Shown here piece by piece: positions 16,444 through 25,468 of a stretch of DNA of 31,729 nt (position 1 is the stretch's first letter; every line of letters begins with the position of its first letter). The position numbers and the translations under genes are program-made. The stretch comes from a virus (taxonomy: Duplodnaviria; Caudoviricetes). The notes below the pieces were generated by a model. It ran no database searches, was not told where the DNA came from, and saw only the letters and a program-made list of their open reading frames with translations. The stretch is taken from positions 1 to 31,729 of the IMG/VR virus record IMGVR_UViG_3300032294_001672, one strand, 5' to 3'.

Positions 16444-17989
16444 TAGTATCTTGTAAGGTTTTACATCCATTATAGGCTAGCATTGACTCTGCAATTAATA
16501 GCCCCCAAGGTTCTCTATAAATTAAATATACCTTGGTATCTTTTTCAATAATTTCAACTTTTTCAACGGTTATATATTCTAATGAATTGTCTTTATAAGA
16601 TACAAACTGATCGCCTATCTTTAATCTAGCGCTTGTAATAAACTTATACTTATCATTTCTTTTTATTAAAATTTGCTCCTGTGTTGATAAGTCATACTTT
16701 TCTTCATTATTTATTCTAACGATTGATTCGTAATCCTGCTCATCAATGGCAAAGACAGTGGATTCAGTATATGAAACATTTTCCAAAGAGTCGGAACTCC
16801 ATTCGTCTACAAGAGATATACATTTCTTAGAAACTGAACCAATTGTGCAGTCTGGATCGCCTTCTGGAATATCATCAAACACTGCAGTTATAAGAACGTC
16901 GCCGTTAACAATTTCTTTAGCTTTCTTATATCCGTCTTTTGTTAAAACATTAGTGTTTTCTGGAATACAAAATCCTGGAGGGCCAAAGAATCTAGGTGGT
17001 GAGAAGAATCCTGGAGGTCCAAAGAATGCTGGTGGGGCGAAGAAACCTGGAGGTCCAAAAAATGATGGTGGTGCAAAGAATCTAGGTGGGGTAAAGAATA
17101 ATGGTGGCACGAAGAATCTAGGTGGGCTAAAGAATAGCGGTGGGCTAAAGAATAATGGTGGGCTAAAGAATAGTGGCGGAACGAAGAATAGCGGTGGGCT
17201 AAAGAATAGCGGTGGGCTAAAGAATAGCGGTGGAGAGAAGAATAGTGGTGGAGAGAAGAATAGCGGTGGTGCGAAGAATAGCGGTGGTGCGAAGAATAGT
17301 GGTGGTGCAAAGAACCCTGGAGGAGAGAAGAATGTTGTAACCTGATTAGAAGTTCTTGGAGTTGAAGAACCATTTTCATTTACAGCAACTACGCTATAAG
17401 ACTGAGTTGTTCCCATTGTTTCTCTAATATTAATAGTTGTTGTTGTTCCATTAACTTCATATGGAGATGCTAGTCCTCCTGGCTGAGCAGAAGTATCTGA
17501 AGAAGTAATTATATACTTAGTTAAAGGTTTTCCTCCATTAACTGAAGCAGACCAAGTTACTGTATCCTGCCCTCTTAAATCAGTTTGGCTGTGTCCTGGA
17601 CCAGTTGTATTAGATGTTGAGGTTACTGTTGATGGTGCGGCAGGAACTGTTGTAAACAAAACAGAAGAGGATGGAAGTGATGATTCTGATTGTCCATTTG
17701 CATTTGTTGCCTTTACTGTAGCAGTACCAGTAGCTCCTTGAGGAATTCCAATTACTGTAATAGGAGAAGATGTACCAATTTCTGAAAATGATCCCTGTGC
17801 TCCACAATTTACAACAACTGTATAGCTAATAATTGGTAACTGATTTGGTGGATATTCAAATGATACTATTGCTGCTGCATTATTAAATGGTCGATTTGTT
17901 CCAACATCAGTTAAAGTTACATTGATCGGTGGTACTGGTAATTCAAAATCACCAGATAGTTGTGCTCTTCTACCAACTTTTTTTCCCAT
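16436..17989 (-). CDS. FN3-FN3 / (FFxPPx)20 repeat / Hint-domain protein
   Basis: Residues ~19-219 form two fibronectin III-like domains (VKATNANGQS, VTWSASVNGGKPLTKYII, YSVVAVNENGSS). Residues 220-339 are hexapeptide repeats. Residues 341-507 are a Hint-like domain (CIPENTNVLTKDG...LKIGD...VY...LAYN). Confidence 0.85.
   Translation of the reverse strand: MGKKVGRRAQLSGDFELPVPPINVTLTDVGTNRPFNNAAAIVSFEYPPNQLPIISYTVVVNCGAQGSFSEIGTSSPITVIGIPQGATGTATVKATNANGQSESSLPSSSVLFTTVPAAPSTVTSTSNTTGPGHSQTDLRGQDTVTWSASVNGGKPLTKYIITSSDTSAQPGGLASPYEVNGTTTTINIRETMGTTQSYSVVAVNENGSSTPRTSNQVTTFFSPPGFFAPPLFFAPPLFFAPPLFFSPPLFFSPPLFFSPPLFFSPPLFFVPPLFFSPPLFFSPPLFFSPPRFFVPPLFFTPPRFFAPPSFFGPPGFFAPPAFFGPPGFFSPPRFFGPPGFCIPENTNVLTKDGYKKAKEIVNGDVLITAVFDDIPEGDPDCTIGSVSKKCISLVDEWSSDSLENVSYTESTVFAIDEQDYESIVRINNEEKYDLSTQEQILIKRNDKYKFITSARLKIGDQFVSYKDNSLEYITVEKVEIIEKDTKVYLIYREPWGLLIAESMLAYNGCKTLQDTID
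16973..17332 (-). repeat. 20 x 18-bp coding tandem repeat (FFxPPx)
   Basis: Twenty consecutive 18-nt units counted in the DNA; Phe-Phe and Pro-Pro invariant, with synonymous codon variation. Confidence 0.95.
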
Positions 17990-18003
17990 TTAAATAACCT
18001 TTC

Positions 18004-18504
18004 TTAAGCTGTTAAATCACCAAATAGAAGCCAGGTATTGGCATCTCGTTTTAAAATTGTTGCCATAGACCACTGAAATCTTAGCTTTCGTCCTGGAGTA
18101 AAATTTAAAACTACTCCATCTCCAGCCACAACGGTTGTTTGACCTGTTCCAGATTGCAAAATATCTATAGTAGTTCCAATTGGAAAGTTTACAACAGAAT
18201 CTGGTGGTATTGTAAGATTGTTTGCGACCTGCATTCTAATATCAATAATTGTATCTCTTTCGTTTAAATTACTAAGAGTATACGGGAAATACTTAACATT
18301 AATTGGAGTCAAAGACTGTACGGCTATTTTACTTTGAACTCCATCTGTAAATCTTAGAGTACCGCCTGAAACATCTAAAGTTCCCTTTAGGTCAACTTGT
18401 CCAGCTAAAGTAGTATTTCCTTGAAATCCAGCACGATTATTTACTGACAAGGACTTGACTTGCAAGTCCTCGTCAGTATTAAATTTACCCTTATTCAGAG
18501 ACAT
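18004..18504 (-). CDS. tail-fibre tip / adaptor-like protein
   Basis: C-terminal LTIPPDSVVNFPIGTTIDILQSGTGQTTVVAG.GV...LRFQWSMATILKR.ANTWLLFGDL is a domain I recognise from the ends of aquatic phage fibre proteins. Confidence 0.55.
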   Translation of the reverse strand: MSLNKGKFNTDEDLQVKSLSVNNRAGFQGNTTLAGQVDLKGTLDVSGGTLRFTDGVQSKIAVQSLTPINVKYFPYTLSNLNERDTIIDIRMQVANNLTIPPDSVVNFPIGTTIDILQSGTGQTTVVAGDGVVLNFTPGRKLRFQWSMATILKRDANTWLLFGDLTA

Positions 18505-18513
18505 AATTTTACC

Positions 18514-21500
18514 TTATGCCTGAGCCTCTGTCCAAGACAACCGTCCGAACACTGATGCTGTTGATGAACCAATGTTTTGAACAACAATTGTTAGAACATC
18601 TGGGCCATCTGGATAGATATTAGTGTTGGCAACTGATCCGCCACCTCCGAGAATTGAGTTACCTAGATCTCTAACTCCTGATAGGTCAATTGAGTTTGCT
18701 CCAGATCCTAGGAAGAATCCTGCTGTTACTTCTCCACCAGTAACTGTTGTCGATCCTGAAGAGTAGTCTGCAATTTGTGACAATGAGGAGTTTGCAAGAT
18801 TTGCAACGTTTCCTACAGCGTTAGTCCATGCTGTTGCGGTTGAAGGAACACCATTAAGAACTGCTGTAACAAGAAGGTTTGCGCTTCCTGTTGAAGTTGT
18901 TGCAGTTACATCAAGTGCTCTTAGTGTTAGCTGCATTCTATTAATAAGTTCTCTTGCACCGAATGTTGATGCAATACCGTTATCTACAGAAGGCGCTACA
19001 CGAATTGAGAATAGTGCTCTCTGTTGTCCCGCTGCAACTGAAGTAGAAGTTCTCTGTCCATATGTAAAGACGAGAGACTTATCATCATCATATCTTCCGT
19101 CCATAATAACTGAGGTACCCCAGTGTGATATGGATGCTGAGAATGATGGATAAGCTAGCTCTACCATTGTTGGAGCAACTGCGTCAAATGTAAACAATTG
19201 CGCTGATGTGGCTCCCATTGGTGCTGCAATTACTCCTGTTGGGTTTGCATCAAGGGCTGCCTTGCTTGTTCTAATGCTTGTTCCATTGATACTTGCAATA
19301 AATGTACCTTCTGGATATAGAGAGTGAATTAGTCTCATTCCAACCTGCAAATTAGCTGAGCTAGAAACTGTTCCTAAAGAAGAACCAGCTGCCTGAGTAA
19401 TATTAATAGAAGCTTCTCCAGCTCTTCCTCGTGTAAGACCAGTAAATGATGTAGCAGATTTTCCAGAGTAGTTTACATACTCAACATTGGTATTATCTTT
19501 AATTGCTAAAGTACCAGTTGGAGGAAAACCTTCTGTTGATCTTACTGCTAGTGCCAAATCTGTAGTTAGAACAGTTTGTGTAGTTGCTGTGTATGGAGGT
19601 GTTGTTGAAGATTCATAACGTGCTGGAAGGTTTCCGCTTCGCATATATGCTTCTGTGTTTACGTTATTGTTTGGCATCTTGTGGCAATAAATAACGTCAC
19701 CCTTAGGTCCTCTTACACCCCATCGTACGAAACCAGCTCCATACCAAGTATAGTCGATATAGAACATCTGCATCTTTGAAAGATCAATGTTGTATTGAGA
19801 TGGGCCTGTTCCGTCTAGCTTGTCAATATTAAAGTCTGACTGCTTAATCTTTGTTTCTTGAGTTTTTGAAATTAGTGCAAATTGAGTAGTAGCGCCACGA
19901 TAAGCAGGGCTAATAGTCATAGATGTATCATTTTGAATTGCAATAACCTTGTAAGATTGTCCTCTAATTACAACATAATCTCCTGGGATTAATTGTTTAG
20001 AGAAAAATGTTGGGAAGTAAGAGCTTGACTGTGTAATAGTTGCTCCACCAAAGTTTGCATTTATCTTTCCAGATAGCTGGAATGTTGAGTTTCTGCGAAC
20101 TGCCTGTAGATTAACACCATCGTATTCCCAATATAGACCGTTTTGATTATCAAACATTCCGAGTCTATTTTGGCATCCATACCATGATTCTACAGAAGCA
20201 AAGAATTCTCCTGTTGCAATTGTAGATGAAGGGATGCTTAATGCGTTGTACTGGAACTTATCATCAGAAATTATGCTTTGAATTTCAAATGTTCCGTTGT
20301 ACTCTGGCTGAGTACATCCACCAATTTTAATCATAGTTCCTGGCTGCAAATTGTGCTTTTCTTTTGTTTGAACTGTTACAAGAGTTGTGCCACTGCTTTG
20401 AATATTTTCAATTCCTGCATAAGGCTTTAGAATTGTACCAGAAGAAGCCTGTAGGCCCTTACCAGATTGATATCTGAAGTAACGGCGAGTTTGTCTAATG
20501 CATGATGCATAGTTAGAAGCAGCATTTGTTCCGAAGATAACTCCACCGTCATTTGGTCTATGTGCAAATTGTGACTGTGGTCTTACGAATAGCAATGCTC
20601 CACCACCAATAGTTCCTGTTGGAGCTACTTCATGATAGAAAGAAAATGATGATGGACCAGTAATTTGAGCAACTTCCTGATTACCGTTTGGTGGATTAGT
20701 TGTTGCTGTTGCACCAATTATTACAATTTCATTACCTAGAGCAAGTCCGTGTGGAATTGTTGTTGTTACGTTAATCTTTCTTCCGCTGTATGTAAATGTA
20801 GGGCTTCCACCAATTTGAGCTCCAGTAAAAACATCTCCCTGAACAACAAGAGTTTTATTTGGATCTAAAATTGATTCAATTCCGCTTCGGTTTACAGCAT
20901 TTGCTGTATAGCTAAATGTTGCTCCTCCGCCACCAGACTCAATAATAAAGTTACCATTTGCAGCTGTTATATAGGTATCAATTACTGTAATTGATGTTCC
21001 GTTTGCAGGTGCAACACCAGAGCTAAGTGTTATTGAAACTGTTTTTGAGTTATTAGGAAAGCTAATTGCAGAAATGTTTGGAATTGGGGTTGGACGGGCA
21101 TAAGAATATGGTCTGTTGTTGTAAAGTCCCAAATTTTCCCATTTTGTTTGCTGGATACCATATTCAAAGTCGGTATCGATCAGCGCTTGTGGCTGAGTTA
21201 CACGAAGCTTATTTGTTGTATCTAGCAAAACCTCTGCTGGCATGAATGTTTCTGAATAATCATCAATTGTAATTTGAAGTTTATCGGTAGAACTCATTGA
21301 TGCTGTATTGTATTCTAGAACAAGCGTGGTGTTTTCCACCATTGCTGAACTTGTGCTTGTATTGTATGAAACGCATCCCAAGCTAGGATCTGAAAAATTA
21401 TAAATAACCTGATTTGTTGTTACGTTTGTAATCAACAACAATCTTTCACGAAGAATTGTCTTCGGAATTGAAATTGTCTTTGTTGAAGGTGTAAATGTGT

Positions 21501-21531
21501 AGCTTGTTTCTAGTAATACTTTTCTTGCCAT
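18514..21531 (-). CDS. large virion structural protein (fibre/baseplate-associated)
   Basis: 1005 aa, Thr/Ser/Gly-rich beta protein with repeated small barrel motifs (VTTTIPHGLALG, VQTKEKHNLQPG); located in the fibre block. Confidence 0.6.
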   Translation of the reverse strand: MARKVLLETSYTFTPSTKTISIPKTILRERLLLITNVTTNQVIYNFSDPSLGCVSYNTSTSSAMVENTTLVLEYNTASMSSTDKLQITIDDYSETFMPAEVLLDTTNKLRVTQPQALIDTDFEYGIQQTKWENLGLYNNRPYSYARPTPIPNISAISFPNNSKTVSITLSSGVAPANGTSITVIDTYITAANGNFIIESGGGGATFSYTANAVNRSGIESILDPNKTLVVQGDVFTGAQIGGSPTFTYSGRKINVTTTIPHGLALGNEIVIIGATATTNPPNGNQEVAQITGPSSFSFYHEVAPTGTIGGGALLFVRPQSQFAHRPNDGGVIFGTNAASNYASCIRQTRRYFRYQSGKGLQASSGTILKPYAGIENIQSSGTTLVTVQTKEKHNLQPGTMIKIGGCTQPEYNGTFEIQSIISDDKFQYNALSIPSSTIATGEFFASVESWYGCQNRLGMFDNQNGLYWEYDGVNLQAVRRNSTFQLSGKINANFGGATITQSSSYFPTFFSKQLIPGDYVVIRGQSYKVIAIQNDTSMTISPAYRGATTQFALISKTQETKIKQSDFNIDKLDGTGPSQYNIDLSKMQMFYIDYTWYGAGFVRWGVRGPKGDVIYCHKMPNNNVNTEAYMRSGNLPARYESSTTPPYTATTQTVLTTDLALAVRSTEGFPPTGTLAIKDNTNVEYVNYSGKSATSFTGLTRGRAGEASINITQAAGSSLGTVSSSANLQVGMRLIHSLYPEGTFIASINGTSIRTSKAALDANPTGVIAAPMGATSAQLFTFDAVAPTMVELAYPSFSASISHWGTSVIMDGRYDDDKSLVFTYGQRTSTSVAAGQQRALFSIRVAPSVDNGIASTFGARELINRMQLTLRALDVTATTSTGSANLLVTAVLNGVPSTATAWTNAVGNVANLANSSLSQIADYSSGSTTVTGGEVTAGFFLGSGANSIDLSGVRDLGNSILGGGGSVANTNIYPDGPDVLTIVVQNIGSSTASVFGRLSWTEAQA

Positions 21532-21534
21532 ATT

Positions 21535-24500
21535 CTAATCTCCTAATTGTATATCCACTGCTCTAAATGGATAAATTGATTTTTGAGCTGTTTGACTCTC
21601 TGGACCCGACATATATCTTGCCTCAAATTTAGATCCTACTGGAACGGGCTCCCCGAACTGTACAAATCCATCATTATCGAAGAAATATCCATCGGATGGA
21701 ATCAAGCTTAGCCAATGTTTTTCTTGGTTTCCCAATATCTGTAGTATACCATTAATCGTTATCAAAAGCTTGTAAGGATTTTGAGGTATAAATACATCGC
21801 CGTCATATGTTAACTGGAATCTTGACGTAGAACCGTCAAAAAAGACTGAAATGTCGTCCAGCGGGAATATGTCGGATCCAACTGATGAGGCAATCTGGTT
21901 TGCCAAATATGCCTTATTTACTGCATGCTCGTCATCTATAGGCGCTGCTACAGATATTGGAGTGTTTCCAAAATCAACCCCGTTGACGATAACATTGTTT
22001 AATGTTTTATTTGTAAGGGTTGTTGTATTTGTTTCAGTAACAATTCTATTAGATGAATTTACGTCTAATCCTAGTCCTGGAATTCTAAGGCTTGTTATTG
22101 ATGAATTTCCTAATACAATTTGGTTGTTGGTATTTACGGCAGTGGTTGCTGCGTTATATCCAATAATAATATTATTTGATCCAGTAGTTATTGTAGCTCC
22201 AGCTGAAGTTCCAATAGTAACGTTTTGATTACCGCTAAGTAATTGTGATAAAGAGTTTGCTCCAATAGCTACGTTATCTGAACCGCTTTGAACTGAGCTT
22301 AATGCATCAATTCCTAGTGCAGAGTTGTTTGCACCAGAAGTTAAGCCACCTAGTACAAACTCTCCAACACCAGTATTGTTATTGAAGCTATCAACTAAAC
22401 CGTATACTAAACCAGGAAGGTCAGGAGTTGCGCTTGGTATTTGATAAGTGCCTCCAAGAGCTACTGTGGTATCACTTGTACCTATTGACATAATAATACT
22501 TGAATTTGTCAATTTATTGTTTGCAATAGATCCTGCAAGCATTGCATTTGTAACTGTATTATTTGGAAGTATTACAGTTCCTGTAAATGTAGGTGATGCA
22601 AGATTTGCCTTTAGTCCTAATGCTGTTGATGTTGCAGTAGAAACTGGCTTATTTGCATCTGATGTGTTATCAACGTTATCAAGGCCAACCATTGACTTTG
22701 TAATTCCACTTACAGTTCCTGTAAATGTTGGATTTGCAATTGGAGCATATGTTGTTGCTGCTGTTGCGGAAGCAAGCTTAAGGTCAAGGGCCGTCTGAGT
22801 TGCTGTCGAAATAGGCTTTGCTGCGTCTGATGTATTGTCAACATTTGCAAGACCCACATCTGATTTTGTAATGCCAGTTGGTGTATTAATAACTGGGCTT
22901 GTTAAAGTTTTATTTGTTAATGTTTGAGCGGTAGTAAGGTCTGCTGTAGTTGAAGTATTAATACTAAATGAATTACCAACTAAATTTAAACCATTACCTG
23001 CTAAAAATGTACCAGCTCCTGAGAACTGTGTAAAACTAATTGAATCTGTTCCAATGGTTGCTGGTTTTAGAGTTTGAACCCATCCTGTATTTGCATAAGT
23101 GTTTCCAGATGAAACAAATATGAAGTCTCCGCTGTCTACCTCTGCTGCAGTATCGAAGTCTGATGCACGAAGTGGTCCACCCGATGCCTGAATAACATAA
23201 ATACCATTTTGAGATTGAGTTGTTTGTCCATTGACAAGCACTCTCATTCCTTCTGTAAGCGTTACTCCATCAATAGTGTCTCCAGCTTCTAAAGCTGTTG
23301 CTATATCTATATTTGTCGCAACGTAAGCATTTGCTGATGCGTGAACATGTAACCCTTCAGTAAGTGCATCAACATATTCTTTTGTTGTTGCATCTGTAGG
23401 ATTTGAAGGCGACTTAAGTCCAGTAACCTTAAAGTTACCCATTCGAATTTCGCCTGTCATATCTCCGCCACTCAATGACAACTTACCGTCTAATGCTGTT
23501 TGAGTAGCAGTTGAAACTGGTTTATTTGCGTCTGATGTATTGTCAACATTTGCAAGACCCACATCTGCTTTAACTATTCCAGTTGGAGTATTGATAATTG
23601 GAGAAGTCAAAGTTTTGTTTGTAAGGGTTTGAATGCCAGAATCTGTAATTACAGTTGAATCTATATCAAGAAACAGTGTGTTTGTTTCATCACTATATGA
23701 TTCGTTAAGTCCTGTTCTACCAACAATTAAGTTTGCAGCAATATCCTCTACACGCTCTTGATTTAGTGTTACTGCGCCAGATGTAACCGTGAAATCTGTT
23801 GCGTTAAAGCTTGCAACACCCTTATTGGTTGAAGTTGCATCTTCTGCTGATACTGTAACTGTATTATTTGTTACAGCTACGTCAATTCCTTCTCCACCAG
23901 CAACAGTTAGTGCGTCAGTTAATAGATTAACTGTATCTGTTCCAGTATCTCCTGCTATCGAAAGGTTTGTTGCTACGTCTGCTTCGCTTGCAGCAGTTAG
24001 ACGACCTTGTGCATCTACAGTAAATGTTGGGATTTTTGTGGTTGATCCATATGAACCAGCGGTAACCGCCGTATTGTCAAGATCTATCGTCAGAATGTTT
24101 GATGAATCATTGTATGTTTTTGTAAGCGCAACTCCTGCAATTAGAGCATCGTTTACAGCATCTTGAGCTGCCTCTGAAATAACTGCATCTGTTACAGATA
24201 ATGTTATTGTATTTGCATTATCGTCATATACCTTAGTAATACCATTTCCAGCAACAATTGCTGTGTTTACGGCATCCTGTGAAAGCTCTGTAATATCAGC
24301 AGAATTAGCTTTAAGGTCGAGGGCTGCCTGAGTTGCAGTAGATACTGGCTTGTTAGCATCAGAAGTATTGTCTACATTTCCAAGTCCTACATCCGCCTTA
24401 ACAATTCCTGTTGGTGTAGTTATTGATGGAGATGTAAGAGTTTTATTTGTTAAAGTTTGTGCACCATCATCGGTAACTAGTTTTGCTGTATTTGCAATTC

Positions 24501-25050
24501 CGTGCACATTTGTTGTATCTGCTTCGTGATTAGAAAGGTTTGTTGCAACTGTTGTAAAAAATGTTGGGTCGTCATTAACTGCAGCTGCTAACTCATTTAA
24601 TGTATCTAGTAGTCCAGGGGCTCCGTCTACTAAATTACTTACTGCTGTAGAAATATCTGATGTTAATGCAATTGTTCCAGAATTATTTGGAATAGTAATT
24701 GTTCTATTTGCTGTTGGCTCTGCAGCGGTTAATGTTGTTGTATATGTATGGGCATCATCATTCCACAAAACAATTGAGTTCTCTGGGATAATAAGATCGC
24801 CATTAGAATCTAATTCGGCTGGGCCTCCAGGAGTTCCCTGGTCTGCTACTAGAATATAGTCTCCAAGGCTGTTAGTTAGTCCAGAAGGAGTTACGTTAGC
24901 ATAGCTAGTTGTAGCCGTCCATGTAGATCCATTACCTATTTTAAACTTGAGGGTATCTGTTTCAATACCAATTTCACCTGGTCTTAATACTGGATTTGCT
25001 GAAACCCAATTTGCTGCGGTATCTCTTCGTAATTGAATTCTAATTGCCAC
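21535..25050 (-). CDS. long tail fibre protein (Mtd-N-like N terminus)
   Basis: N-terminal IQLRRDTAANW...NPVL..GEIGIETDTLKFKIGNG; four DVGL.NVDNTSD..KP.STA repeats; TLTNKTL repeats; IDGVTL..G.RVLV..QT..SQNGIYV fibre domain; N.AIG YadA-head-like repeats. Start placed at GTG 25050 (GGGGT SD); ATG 25056 is an alternative. Confidence 0.8.
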   Translation of the reverse strand: MAIRIQLRRDTAANWVSANPVLRPGEIGIETDTLKFKIGNGSTWTATTSYANVTPSGLTNSLGDYILVADQGTPGGPAELDSNGDLIIPENSIVLWNDDAHTYTTTLTAAEPTANRTITIPNNSGTIALTSDISTAVSNLVDGAPGLLDTLNELAAAVNDDPTFFTTVATNLSNHEADTTNVHGIANTAKLVTDDGAQTLTNKTLTSPSITTPTGIVKADVGLGNVDNTSDANKPVSTATQAALDLKANSADITELSQDAVNTAIVAGNGITKVYDDNANTITLSVTDAVISEAAQDAVNDALIAGVALTKTYNDSSNILTIDLDNTAVTAGSYGSTTKIPTFTVDAQGRLTAASEADVATNLSIAGDTGTDTVNLLTDALTVAGGEGIDVAVTNNTVTVSAEDATSTNKGVASFNATDFTVTSGAVTLNQERVEDIAANLIVGRTGLNESYSDETNTLFLDIDSTVITDSGIQTLTNKTLTSPIINTPTGIVKADVGLANVDNTSDANKPVSTATQTALDGKLSLSGGDMTGEIRMGNFKVTGLKSPSNPTDATTKEYVDALTEGLHVHASANAYVATNIDIATALEAGDTIDGVTLTEGMRVLVNGQTTQSQNGIYVIQASGGPLRASDFDTAAEVDSGDFIFVSSGNTYANTGWVQTLKPATIGTDSISFTQFSGAGTFLAGNGLNLVGNSFSINTSTTADLTTAQTLTNKTLTSPVINTPTGITKSDVGLANVDNTSDAAKPISTATQTALDLKLASATAATTYAPIANPTFTGTVSGITKSMVGLDNVDNTSDANKPVSTATSTALGLKANLASPTFTGTVILPNNTVTNAMLAGSIANNKLTNSSIIMSIGTSDTTVALGGTYQIPSATPDLPGLVYGLVDSFNNNTGVGEFVLGGLTSGANNSALGIDALSSVQSGSDNVAIGANSLSQLLSGNQNVTIGTSAGATITTGSNNIIIGYNAATTAVNTNNQIVLGNSSITSLRIPGLGLDVNSSNRIVTETNTTTLTNKTLNNVIVNGVDFGNTPISVAAPIDDEHAVNKAYLANQIASSVGSDIFPLDDISVFFDGSTSRFQLTYDGDVFIPQNPYKLLITINGILQILGNQEKHWLSLIPSDGYFFDNDGFVQFGEPVPVGSKFEARYMSGPESQTAQKSIYPFRAVDIQLGD
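22608..24460 (-). repeat. four dispersed fibre shaft repeats (K.DVGL.NVDNTSDA.KP.STAT..AL.LK)
   Basis: Copies at approximately 22608-22700, 22778-22927, 23485-23630 and 24310-24460. Confidence 0.85.
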
Positions 25051-25465
25051 TTGCATTACCCCCGTCAATATAAGTATCTATAAAACTTGAACTAGCAGAA
25101 CCTGAATTTGCAAAAATTCTAGAATCATCAACATACTCGCCATAAGTTACCTCTTCAACAATACCTGTTGACTGGCTATGTTTGTGCTCAAGAATTTCTT
25201 TTGGTCCTGCAACATCATACCAAATCTGTCCATTATATCCCTTAAATGTATTTTCTGATGTATCAAAATACAACTCTCCTAGTTCAGGACTAGCTGGCGG
25301 TTCTGATAAAACTGGAACACCTGAAGATACGTTACCCCATTCTGTACCAGAATAAATTCTTAACTTACCAGTTGAACTGTTATAATAAATAGCGCCAACT
25401 GCTGCAACAGAAGGGTCTGTAGCAAGTGCTGGTGGTGCTATGGGAGTTAAGAATTTTTTTGTCAT
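25040..25465 (-). CDS. small fibre-associated structural protein
   Basis: Two P..P..G.(I/L)Y(Y/F)....(G/N)....Y.G..W repeats typical of fibre shafts; ends IDGGNA. Confidence 0.6.
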   Translation of the reverse strand: MTKKFLTPIAPPALATDPSVAAVGAIYYNSSTGKLRIYSGTEWGNVSSGVPVLSEPPASPELGELYFDTSENTFKGYNGQIWYDVAGPKEILEHKHSQSTGIVEEVTYGEYVDDSRIFANSGSASSSFIDTYIDGGNASGN

Positions 25466-25468
25466 TTA

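Noticed and set aside
16469-16969. Mobile splicing intein with homing endonuclease
   Set aside because: Only 167 aa, no LAGLIDADG motifs, Gly at +1 and only a 10-residue C-terminal tail.
16973-17332. 18-bp repeat array as a CRISPR array
   Set aside because: Units are contiguous with no unique spacers, vary at codon third positions, and no cas genes are present.
16746-17345. Plus-strand 199-aa ORF with GGxKN repeats
   Set aside because: Antisense shadow of the FFxPPx repeat; no SD or promoter, and the FN3 and Hint domains are in the minus frame.
16942-17379. His-rich alternative-frame ORF (HHRYSS repeats)
   Set aside because: Frame-shifted reading of the same repeat; its residues vary where the FFxPPx frame is synonymous.
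24900-25050. Mtd-N-like domain as sign of a diversity-generating retroelement
   Set aside because: No reverse transcriptase and no template/variable repeat pair with adenine-specific differences seen in the window; this domain is common in ordinary fibres.
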